Shown here piece after piece: positions 1 through 6,275 of a stretch of DNA of 7,905 bases. A program made the position numbers and the translations under genes. Below the pieces are notes generated by a model. That model saw nothing but the letters and a program-made list of their open reading frames with translations, was not told the origin of the DNA and ran no database searches. Each line of letters begins with the position of its first letter. Position 1 is the stretch's first letter. The stretch comes from a virus (Duplodnaviria > Heunggongvirae > Uroviricota > Caudoviricetes): the IMG/VR virus record IMGVR_UViG_2713896795_000006, positions 1 through 7,905 of that record; one strand, given 5' to 3'.

Positions 1-1131
1 TCAAATGACCAGTTTTTTCCACTCCTTGCCGCGTGCATCGTTGTAAATATCGGTCATTTTTTGATTCGAATGACCCAGCAAAATTTGGGTATCAATTCCC
101 TGCTCTCTGAACAATCGCTCTGATAAAGATCTCTGCTCATGGAAAGAGGGTGGGGTGCCATTAGCACGCCAGTTGTAATCCACAGAATCCCGCGCTTTTT
201 TAAATGCAACGGTTAACGTTGCTGGCTTAACCATCCCGCCGCGCTTAGCTGTCCCTTTCGCGTGATGATGGTGCAATAGCCACGGACTAAGAACGCAATC
301 GCGACAGGATGACACCACATCATCCAGGGTGAGATTTAATTTATCGCAACGCAGAGCCAGAGGGATGGCAATCCGGGTTCCTGTTTTTTGCTGTTCGACA
401 TGAAGATAACCATCCCGGATATCCGAAAATTGCATTTTGCAAATATCTGAAAGGCGCTGGCCTGTCATCAGTGCCAGCAGCATACCGCGCTGTAAAAAGT
501 AACCATCCTTTTCCGCTGCGTTATAAATCATCGTCCACTCATCAAAAGTCAGTCGCTGTCTTGATATCCGCACCTGTGGTTTTTTTGCCGATTCTGCAGG
601 GTTAAAGCCTGGCGGGACATCGCCCGTTTGCTGAGCCTCCCGGAAAACATCGATCAGTACCTTCCTGAAAATTTGTCCCATTCTGTTATGTCCTCTGGAC
701 TTGTACTCTTCCAGCACCGATACCACATCCTTTACGGTTATGGCATCTAACGGTCTGGTGCCAAAACGTTCATCAAAAACCCTGAGAGGGGCCGCTTTCT
801 GTTTCAGCGTGTTGAGTTTGATTTCTCCGTTTTCATATCTTTCCTGTTGAATTTTTCTGTAATTATTCAGAAAAATGGAAACGGTTGATGAACCGCCGGT
901 ATCATTAATAATTTTCTCCTGCAGACTGAGCATTTGCTCCATTTGTTGTCTGGCAAGACGGCTGTTCGCTTCTGCTGCAATGGTTTCCGCCAGTTTCTGG
1001 TCAATACTGCCGAGTCCATGATTTTTACCTGTGATGGGATGCCTGTAACGCCAGTAAACTTTGTTATTTCTTTTGTCAAAATACGGAGATAATCCCGGAA
1101 CAGCGGTTTTATATTTTCGCGGGCGTGCCAT
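1..1131 (-). CDS. int: Phage tyrosine integrase (lambda Int-like), 376 aa, complete; stop codon at window positions 1-3
   Basis: ORF track 1..1131 (-). C-terminus ...LLGHSNQKMTDIYNDARGKEWKKLVI closely parallels the lambda Int C-terminus (LLGH...Y..DRG.EW) carrying the catalytic Tyr. N-terminus MARPRKYK...KVYWRYRHPITGK resembles the arm-binding domain of lambda-family integrases. SD-like AGAGGA about 9 nt upstream of the ATG at 1131. The 5' end overlaps the upstream excisionase gene by 23 nt, the typical xis-int arrangement. Confidence 0.9.
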   Translation of the reverse strand: MARPRKYKTAVPGLSPYFDKRNNKVYWRYRHPITGKNHGLGSIDQKLAETIAAEANSRLARQQMEQMLSLQEKIINDTGGSSTVSIFLNNYRKIQQERYENGEIKLNTLKQKAAPLRVFDERFGTRPLDAITVKDVVSVLEEYKSRGHNRMGQIFRKVLIDVFREAQQTGDVPPGFNPAESAKKPQVRISRQRLTFDEWTMIYNAAEKDGYFLQRGMLLALMTGQRLSDICKMQFSDIRDGYLHVEQQKTGTRIAIPLALRCDKLNLTLDDVVSSCRDCVLSPWLLHHHHAKGTAKRGGMVKPATLTVAFKKARDSVDYNWRANGTPPSFHEQRSLSERLFREQGIDTQILLGHSNQKMTDIYNDARGKEWKKLVI

Positions 1132-1357
1132 CTTCCAGTATCCTCTTTAAAGCAGGGTGATCTGTGGCGATCACCTCCGGCTTGTTTACCATTCCGACAA
1201 AGCGAGCTCGCGGATCCACTCGCCAGTGTCTTCCAACTTTTTTGGGGAGAGGAAATATCATTCCGGCTTTAGCGTATTTACTTAACGTGCCCGGAGTAGG
1301 GACCGGATCGCTGAATTCCTCTTTTGCCCACTCAGTGAGCAGAATAAGTCTTGCCAT
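1109..1357 (-). CDS. xis: Excisionase (lambda Xis-like), 82 aa
   Basis: ORF track 1109..1357 (-). N-terminal segment LILLTEWAKEE...GMIFPLPKKVGRHWRV aligns by eye with lambda Xis (LTLQEWNARQ...CRIFPPPVKDGREY). Sits immediately upstream of and overlapping int. No strong SD before the ATG at 1357, so the start is slightly uncertain. Confidence 0.75.
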   Translation of the reverse strand: MARLILLTEWAKEEFSDPVPTPGTLSKYAKAGMIFPLPKKVGRHWRVDPRARFVGMVNKPEVIATDHPALKRILEDGTPAKI

Positions 1358-1420
1358 GAGTATCGTTCGCTAATCATGGTCGCCGCCACTATAGCTGGGG
1401 GCGACGACCGGGGTTGAACA

Positions 1421-3892
1421 TTAAAAATCAGACTGATTCGGGATCAGTTTTTGCCAGATTGCTGAAACGTATTTCGCCTGGTGACGGGCATCATCCAGCG
1501 CATTGTGGCGTATGCCTTCGAATTGAATAGGCGTCCTGGCATCGAAGTCTATGGATTTTCCCAGTTCAATGATTGTGCGTACATCGCGATCGTTGTAGTA
1601 GCGCCACGGGCAGGGGATACCCTGCCGTTCATATGAACGGCGTAAAATCACGTTGTCGAAGTTGGCTCCATTTCCCCAGACCTGAACAAAAAATTCACCG
1701 GAGTTTTCGTCGATAAATTCCCGCAATTGCAGTAGTGCATCATCTAACGGAATTTCATCGGTCAGAATGGCAGATTGCGCCTCACGTGATTGCTTCAGCC
1801 ACCATTTAATGACGTCACGATCAATGACTCCGCCAGCAGTATCCAGATCGATGGTCTTGCTAAATTCCGGTCCCATATCTCCGGTTTGTGGATCGAAAAA
1901 TATTGCGCCTATTGAGATAATCGGGGCATCGGGATTTTTTCCCATGGTTTCAAGGTCGATCATCAGATGAATCCCCGCTCTGCTGGTGGATGTGAGTTTA
2001 TGATGACCGTTCACCTCAATTAAGGGATCTGTCGCCTCGCCAGTTTTATTATCGCTGGCGTGATGCTGATTGCCGCCAGGGTTCTCCTTGTGTGGATGTT
2101 CAGCGCCTTCCATTTCCTCCGGATCATTTTCCTGAACTTCAACCTGATTCTCTTCATCGAATGTTTCCTGGTATGTTGCGTCGCCCATCACCGCGCCACA
2201 ATCAGGGCAGTTGCCGCCACAGCTCTGACCGCAGGCGGTGCAGACTTTTTCCGGTTCCTGTTGCGCTACTGGTTCGGATTGTTTCGTTTCTGGCTCGTTT
2301 TGTAACGCATTTGGGCTGTTTTGTTCCGCTTTTTGGTCGTTCTGTTCCGATTCTTGCTGGTTCTGGTTTACAGAATCGCGGGTTTCAATCCCCTTCACCC
2401 ATTTCGGATCATTCGGGTCGCTAATCCCTGCAACAAATTCTCCGCGAGAGGCAGCAAGCAACTTATCGGCGTCAGGCTGGCTGATATTGGCTGCCTGCAT
2501 AATTTTGTTTACTTCTTCAGCGGTAACTTTTACCGGCTCTGGTTGTGCGGTCGTGTCAGATGCACCAGTATTTTGTTGTGAGCCTGAGTATGTACCGTTT
2601 TTGCGGGCAAAATATTCTTCTTTCGTGATTTCAGTAGCCCCTGCAGTCAGCGCCTTATTCAGACCAGAAAGTTTGTTTGCACGACCATATTTTTCGCCAT
2701 CTTTATCTGTGAAGAGGAAGTAGAACGGCCCCTCACGCTCTACAGATGGTTCGACTTCCACTTTGCATTCGGTTTTTTCGTTGTCCGGAATTGCCGTTTC
2801 CACTGCATCAGTTTCTGGTACTGGCGACGAGAGAGTATCAGTTGCGCTCTGATTTGTTCCTTCATCTTCAAACACGCCCTTTGTAGTCAGGTATTCAGTA
2901 ATGTATTTGTTCAGTGCCACAGGGTCTTTGTGAATGTCGATCGGACGTTCACGGACAAGGCCAAAAATAGTCTGGCGGTCGTAGCGAAGGGCATCAGGCT
3001 GTTTGCGCATTGATGCCGAGATACGCTTCCAGTCTTCGCGGTCGTTGTCGATAACTTCATTTTTTGCCCAGCGATGGATGCTGCCGTCAATGTTTCCGGC
3101 ATCAATGTCATCAGGCCACAGAGCGTAGGCCAGTTCATCATCCAGTGTTTTCCATGTCTGCTTGTATTCGCGACGAATGGTGGCAGTGGCTGGGGGGATT
3201 TTCGCTACTGAGTTTTCAGTGTTCTGCCGGTTGACTCTGGCGCGGGCAAGATCAACAACAGACATGTATTTCCCGGTTTCTTTGCGTTCGGCTTCGCGAC
3301 GTTTTTTCCAGGTGCGTAATTCTGTCTGGATCTCAGGCCATTTTGCACCCGGCTTACATTTATGTTTAACCCACCCGATGGCGAGCAGCTTAAGCTCTGA
3401 ATACATGACGTTAACTTCAGGCATTTTCATCAATGCCTCAACGATATGCCCATCGAATGTTGCCATGTCTTCCTGCAGTAATTCCTGAGCACTAATCACC
3501 ATATCAACGGTGATGTTTTCACATGTACCGAACTTAACCAGGACCGCGTTCTGTACTTCAAGGGACAGCTTGTCAAAATTGACGTTCATCGGATCGGATT
3601 CTGGTTCGACCGGAATAAAGGAAGCGGATTCCTCATCCCAGCGGTTTTCCTGCATATATTCGGTATCCCAGGAGTCGATAGCAGGGCGGGGCATGCCGGG
3701 TTTATCCTCGCAGACAAGAAATTTATAAGCGCAGTCCTGAGCAGCCGGATATTGCTCCAGGAATTGCCAGGTAAATTTGGCACGGGCGCGGCGTTCGTCA
3801 CCGGCTTCAATGGCAGTGGCTACAGCAACTGCACCTTCTTCCTTTATTGCCTGTTCGTCCGGAATGGCGGCGCAAATAAAGACTTTACTCAT
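1421..3892 (-). CDS. Large prophage exonuclease, 823 aa: C-terminal DnaQ/Orn-like DEDDh 3'-5' exonuclease domain, Cys-rich zinc-knuckle, acidic Q/E/N-rich linker; commonly annotated in prophages as exodeoxyribonuclease VIII-like
   Basis: ORF track 1421..3892 (-). The C-terminal about 190 aa carry the three DEDDh motifs: motif I LMIDLETMG, motif II VWGNGANFDNVIL (Orn-like GNSxxxD), motif III IRHNALDDARHQAKY (Orn-like HxALDD...Y). Upstream are a Cys cluster CTACGQSCGGNCPDCG and a low-complexity acidic stretch (NQNQQESEQNDQKAEQNSP...EPETKQSEPVAQQEPEK). It sits between xis and the dicB-like module, where lambda has exo/bet and Rac has recE/recT. SD GAGG about 10 nt upstream of the ATG at 3892. 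Confidence 0.8.
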   Translation of the reverse strand: MSKVFICAAIPDEQAIKEEGAVAVATAIEAGDERRARAKFTWQFLEQYPAAQDCAYKFLVCEDKPGMPRPAIDSWDTEYMQENRWDEESASFIPVEPESDPMNVNFDKLSLEVQNAVLVKFGTCENITVDMVISAQELLQEDMATFDGHIVEALMKMPEVNVMYSELKLLAIGWVKHKCKPGAKWPEIQTELRTWKKRREAERKETGKYMSVVDLARARVNRQNTENSVAKIPPATATIRREYKQTWKTLDDELAYALWPDDIDAGNIDGSIHRWAKNEVIDNDREDWKRISASMRKQPDALRYDRQTIFGLVRERPIDIHKDPVALNKYITEYLTTKGVFEDEGTNQSATDTLSSPVPETDAVETAIPDNEKTECKVEVEPSVEREGPFYFLFTDKDGEKYGRANKLSGLNKALTAGATEITKEEYFARKNGTYSGSQQNTGASDTTAQPEPVKVTAEEVNKIMQAANISQPDADKLLAASRGEFVAGISDPNDPKWVKGIETRDSVNQNQQESEQNDQKAEQNSPNALQNEPETKQSEPVAQQEPEKVCTACGQSCGGNCPDCGAVMGDATYQETFDEENQVEVQENDPEEMEGAEHPHKENPGGNQHHASDNKTGEATDPLIEVNGHHKLTSTSRAGIHLMIDLETMGKNPDAPIISIGAIFFDPQTGDMGPEFSKTIDLDTAGGVIDRDVIKWWLKQSREAQSAILTDEIPLDDALLQLREFIDENSGEFFVQVWGNGANFDNVILRRSYERQGIPCPWRYYNDRDVRTIIELGKSIDFDARTPIQFEGIRHNALDDARHQAKYVSAIWQKLIPNQSDF

Positions 3893-3972
3893 TTTGTTTT
3901 AACCTCATTACAGATTTAAGGGTGAACAAATCCCTGCCATTGCTGGCATCTAAAAATGAAACCGGATATTAA

Positions 3973-4176
3973 TTACGGTGCTGCTTTAAGTCCTGCCGGG
4001 ATTTCGTTATTGTCCATGCGAATAACTTTATCAACCGGATAACAGTTGCCGGGAATTTTCTGTTCCGCTGCGGCAGCCATGCATTCTTTCATTGAGTCAT
4101 GTATACCAATAACAAGATCGACTGGTTCGCCTGTATTAAGAAAAACTGTCAGAACGAGTGCAAATGCTGTATTCAT
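3973..4176 (-). CDS. ydfD: Small hydrophobic-N-terminus protein, 67 aa, YdfD-like (DUF1482-type prophage protein)
   Basis: Internal ATG of ORF-track ORF 3973..4230, giving MNTAFALVLTVFLNTGEPVD...IPGNCYPVDKVIRMDNNEIPAGLKAAP. SD AAGGA 8 nt upstream. The ATG lies 2 nt after the dicB-like stop (TGAcaATG), suggesting translational coupling. Same position as ydfD downstream of dicB in Qin. Family assignment is from memory, not searched. Confidence 0.65.
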   Translation of the reverse strand: MNTAFALVLTVFLNTGEPVDLVIGIHDSMKECMAAAAEQKIPGNCYPVDKVIRMDNNEIPAGLKAAP

Positions 4177-4178
4177 TG

Positions 4179-4361
4179 TCAGCGTCCTTTTTGCATCAGG
4201 CGTAAACGGGCCAGCATTGAAACAATGCATATTTTATTTAATAACTCCCGTTCGTGTTTTCTCTTATTAATGGCATCTTCAGTAAATACAGGGTTACTGA
4301 TTCTGACACCAATTTCAAAACAACCTTCAGACGTATTAACGTTTGGTAATAACGTTTCCAT
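4179..4361 (-). CDS. dicB: DicB-like cell-division inhibitor, 60 aa
   Basis: ATG-initiated part of ORF-track ORF 4179..4466: METLLPNVNTSEGCFEIGVRISNPVFTEDAINKRKHERELLNKICIVSMLARLRLMQKGR, which closely matches my recollection of E. coli DicB (MKTLLPNVNTSEGCFEIGV...). SD GAGGA 7 nt upstream of the ATG at 4361. The longer track ORF begins with GTG at 4466 and has no support. Lies downstream of DicF, as in the Qin dicB operon. Confidence 0.8.
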   Translation of the reverse strand: METLLPNVNTSEGCFEIGVRISNPVFTEDAINKRKHERELLNKICIVSMLARLRLMQKGR

Positions 4362-4530
4362 TATCGCGTCCTCAACAATGAATTTTGTGATGCGGTGCCT
4401 GGTGCCTCCAGGTGACGTTAACCAGTTAACAATTAACGCCGGATACAGAGAATCCACCCATAACACTGTTTTTGGTTTTAACTGTTCCGCGTGCGCTTAG
4501 CCGCATTCACCACATCACAAAATTCACTTT

Positions 4531-4570
4531 AAAAAGGGCGGCAGAGCAGTCACGGAGTAAAACTGATACC
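4531..4570 (-). terminator. Intrinsic terminator forming the 3' end of DicF
   Basis: On the minus strand, GGCGGTA...(loop)...CTGCCGCC stem followed directly by TTTTT (plus 4531-4535 AAAAA). The stem is about 7 bp including one G-U pair. Confidence 0.6.
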
Positions 4571-4588
4571 GCCAAACGTCACCAGAAA
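4536..4588 (-). ncRNA. dicF: DicF small regulatory RNA (53 nt, ftsZ-targeting, Hfq-dependent family)
   Basis: The reverse complement of 4536..4588 reads TTTCTGGTGACGTTTGGCGGTATCAGTTTTACTCCGTGACTGCTCTGCCGCCC and is followed by TTTTT (plus 4531-4535). This matches the DicF sequence as I remember it, including the 3' GC-rich stem (GGCGG...GCCGCC) and U-tract. Position between the ydfB-like and dicB-like genes matches the Qin dicB operon. Confidence 0.85.
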
Positions 4589-4924
4589 ATTGATAACAGA
4601 GGGCGTTGCAGCGAGGTTGTCACTTAAGCGTATGGTCAACCTGACAACCCGGTGTCCTCAACGGGGGAAGGAATAACCCCGCCATACTTACCGCCGCGCC
4701 ATTTCGCGGATTGCCACAACCGGAAGCGCACGGTCGAAGTAATTTAACGACAAACCTCATAGGTGAAGGCCTTCGCCGTACGCTTTTGTGTTATGCCCTG
4801 ACTTTTCAGGGAAATATCCTTTCAGTAAACTGTCAGTGCCGGATTCTTATCCGTGTCCGGCGCACGACCACACGTAGCAGCGTGTTGGTCTCCATTTTTA
4901 ATTCAGCCCTTAATGGAGGATAAA

Positions 4925-5192
4925 ATGGCAAAATTTACAGTCAGGATCGAACTTCGCGATTCCAGTTCCGCTGATTACGATAAGCTTCATGGGATTCTCC
5001 AGAACGATTACAACCTCTTTAGGGAACACCTACCGTCTTCCTAATGCCGAATATATATATTCAAGCAAGAATGAAGACAAAGAATCTGTTGCTGACCTTG
5101 CTGAATCAGTGGCCTCAAAAGTTAAGAAAAATCCCGGAGTTCTTGTTACCGAATCTAATGGGCGCTATGTAAAAAACTTAGATGATGCTTAA
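4925..5192 (+). pseudogene. Small plus-strand gene split across two frames (39-aa ORF 4925..5044 with strong RBS, plus overlapping 67-aa ORF 4989..5192 with no RBS); probably a single gene of about 90 aa disrupted by an indel, or a coupled pair
   Basis: Strong SD GGAGGA (4915-4920) 4 nt before the ATG at 4925 gives MAKFTVRIELRDSSSADYDKLHGILQNDYNLFREHLPSS*. The second frame is open from 4914, but its only start is the ATG at 4989 with no SD; it encodes MGFSRTITTSLGNTYRLPNAEYIYSSKNEDKESVADLAESVASKVKKNPGVLVTESNGRYVKNLDDA. The frames overlap over 4989-5044. Orientation is opposite to all flanking genes. Confidence 0.4.
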
Positions 5193-5335
5193 CCTTCATC
5201 ATCACGACCTGACTCAATAGCGTGCAATGCCAGCCAGATGCGGGCTTCAGTGCCTGCATTTGGTTCCAGTTGCTGGAGGCGTTTTGCATCCTCCAGAAGC
5301 AGAGCGATAACGTGTTTTAATTCTGTTTCGTTCAT
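5189..5335 (-). CDS. Small hypothetical protein, 48 aa (YdfB/YdaG-type position in the operon)
   Basis: Not in the ORF track (below its length cutoff). ATG at 5335 (plus 5333-5335 CAT) preceded by SD AGGTG; the start lies 1 nt after the ydfA-like stop (TAAaATG). Translation: MNETELKHVIALLLEDAKRLQQLEPNAGTEARIWLALHAIESGRDDEG*. Stop at 5189-5191. Confidence 0.55.
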   Translation of the reverse strand: MNETELKHVIALLLEDAKRLQQLEPNAGTEARIWLALHAIESGRDDEG

Positions 5336-5336
5336 T

Positions 5337-5492
5337 TTATTCACCTGAATGTCTTACCAACCAACGACGCGCGCCAGATTCGGTTTTAAACGTTTTGCTT
5401 TTTGTATACGTCATCGCCGTGAACGTTCCGTCCTGGTTGGGAAACACGCCGCACACCAGAGATTCGTTGTTGCCAAGATCGATAGTTTCCAT
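5337..5492 (-). CDS. ydfA: Small prophage protein, 51 aa, YdfA/YdaF-like; first gene of the leftward (dicB-type) operon
   Basis: Not in the ORF track (below cutoff). ATG at 5492 with SD GAGG 4-5 nt upstream; stop TAA at 5337-5339. Translation: METIDLGNNESLVCGVFPNQDGTFTAMTYTKSKTFKTESGARRWLVRHSGE. The length (51 aa) and first-gene position match YdfA of Qin. Homology is recalled, not searched. Confidence 0.6.
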   Translation of the reverse strand: METIDLGNNESLVCGVFPNQDGTFTAMTYTKSKTFKTESGARRWLVRHSGE

Positions 5493-5671
5493 GTTGACCT
5501 CATTTCCCCTTATCGCCGGGGTAGCGGAACAAAAACCTGCTGCATAGTTAAAAGTTGAACCCTGCCGTCACTTTCGAATGCCTCGGGCTGGCTACATTGA
5601 CCCCTGATCACCTGCCGGGTAACTCGAAGTATTGCCCTGCGTTCTGTGGGGCGGGGTGGGTTGGTATTTGT

Positions 5672-5699
5672 AGTTTAATAAACATTAAACATAAGTCAA
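5672..5699 (-). promoter_or_regulatory. Candidate early-left promoter (PL-like) for the ydfA-ydfB-dicF-dicB operon: -35 TTGACT (plus 5694-5699), 16-bp spacer, -10 TAAACT (plus 5672-5677)
   Basis: Minus-strand hexamers are identical to those of the candidate rightward promoter at 6687-6716. An operator-like motif AAAACTAAAC at 5703-5712 resembles the AAACACTAAAC repeats in the divergent region. Sequence-based prediction only. Confidence 0.4.
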
Positions 5700-5722
5700 G
5701 CAAAAACTAAACCACAGAGCAC

Positions 5723-5761
5723 AACAACCGCAACGCTTTTGATAAAGTCGTTGCGGTTGTT
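5723..5761 (-). terminator. Strong hairpin 22 nt downstream of the parE2-like stop; probable terminator or insulator of the repressor-antitoxin-toxin operon
   Basis: Perfect 13-bp stem AACAACCGCAACG (5723-5735) with CGTTGCGGTTGTT (5749-5761), loop 5736-5748, extendable by CTTT/AAAG with one bulge. Flanking U-rich stretches on both strands are imperfect, so this may act as a weak or bidirectional terminator. Confidence 0.45.
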
Positions 5762-5783
5762 ATGTTTCTATTGGTGGTGAAAG

Positions 5784-6062
5784 TTAGGGAAACTGGCGTC
5801 TTGCGTGGATCACGTTTACTACTTCAACGCTTGATGTTGTTACGCGGTATAGAACTATATAGTTAGGGTGGGCCACAATCTCACGCAAGCCAGGAACTCT
5901 GTCGCTTGGTGGGTATAAATACGGGTGTTCGGATAACGGTAACACACAACCCCTTAATCGCTGCCATAAGCGCTCTGCCGCATCTATGTCGAAACGAGCA
6001 ATATAACTAGTTATATCATCTAGGTCGGTATCTGCGCTTTCAAGCCATAACACGGGTAACAT
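5784..6062 (-). CDS. parE2: ParE/RelE-family type II toxin, 92 aa (ParE2-like)
   Basis: Internal ATG of ORF-track ORF 5784..6158: MLPVLWLESADTDLDDITSYIARFDIDAAERLWQRLRGCVLPLSEHPYLYPPSDRVPGLREIVAHPNYIVLYRVTTSSVEVVNVIHARRQFP. The C-terminus (YIVLYRV...VEVVNVIHARR) is typical of ParE/RelE toxins. The start lies 1 nt after the antitoxin stop (TAAaATG). Confidence 0.9.
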   Translation of the reverse strand: MLPVLWLESADTDLDDITSYIARFDIDAAERLWQRLRGCVLPLSEHPYLYPPSDRVPGLREIVAHPNYIVLYRVTTSSVEVVNVIHARRQFP

Positions 6063-6063
6063 T

Positions 6064-6255
6064 TTACTGCTTGCTCCGTTCCTTGCGCATTTTAGCAAAG
6101 CGTTCTGCCATTCTGCGCTCAACTTCGTCATGGGGAATTGCTGGGCGCGGATCTGCAAGGCTCGTTGCTACTTTCGCACGCAGCCATTCGTTGTAACTGT
6201 TTTCTTGTTCAATGGTATCAAACTCAGAAACCATTGGTGAAAGGGCTCTATTCAT
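6064..6255 (-). CDS. paaA2: Small antitoxin, 63 aa (PaaA2-like)
   Basis: Internal ATG of ORF-track ORF 6064..6309: MNRALSPMVSEFDTIEQENSYNEWLRAKVATSLADPRPAIPHDEVERRMAERFAKMRKERSKQ. Strong SD GGAGGA 5 nt upstream of the ATG at 6255. Matches my recollection of the 63-aa PaaA2 antitoxin of the E. coli O157 paaR2-paaA2-parE2 system. Sits directly upstream of the ParE-like toxin. Confidence 0.85.
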   Translation of the reverse strand: MNRALSPMVSEFDTIEQENSYNEWLRAKVATSLADPRPAIPHDEVERRMAERFAKMRKERSKQ

Positions 6256-6275
6256 GTTTCCTCCGGTTTTATAAC

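Noticed and set aside
867-1079. 70-aa minus-strand ORF inside the integrase gene
   Set aside because: Alternative frame entirely within the well-supported integrase CDS; no independent start signal.
1164-1373. 69-aa plus-strand ORF
   Set aside because: Antisense to the excisionase gene; no RBS; implausible composition.
2060-2723. Four plus-strand ORFs (81, 110, 161 and 86 aa) overlapping one another
   Set aside because: All lie antisense to the 823-aa exonuclease gene within its low-complexity acidic linker. The translations are Cys/Phe/Leu-rich with no domain signatures or RBS, so they are frame artefacts.
4046-4500. Plus-strand ORFs of 74 and 133 aa, and the GTG-extended 95-aa form of the dicB-like ORF
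   Set aside because: The plus ORFs are antisense to the dicB-like and ydfD-like genes. The GTG extension (4362-4466) has no RBS, whereas the internal ATG at 4361 has a strong SD and gives a DicB-length protein.
4711-4923. 70-aa plus-strand ORF, and a possible 47-aa minus-strand ORF starting at 4760
   Set aside because: No credible RBS for either, and both translations look random. The region is better explained as a structured untranslated DicF precursor or 5' UTR.
5273-5296. Inverted repeat CTGGAGG...CCTCCAG
   Set aside because: Lies inside the ydfB-like coding sequence with no following U-tract, so it is probably codon-driven symmetry rather than a terminator.
5349-5558. 69-aa plus-strand ORF
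   Set aside because: Antisense to the ydfA-like gene, which has a good RBS and family-like sequence; the plus ORF has no RBS.
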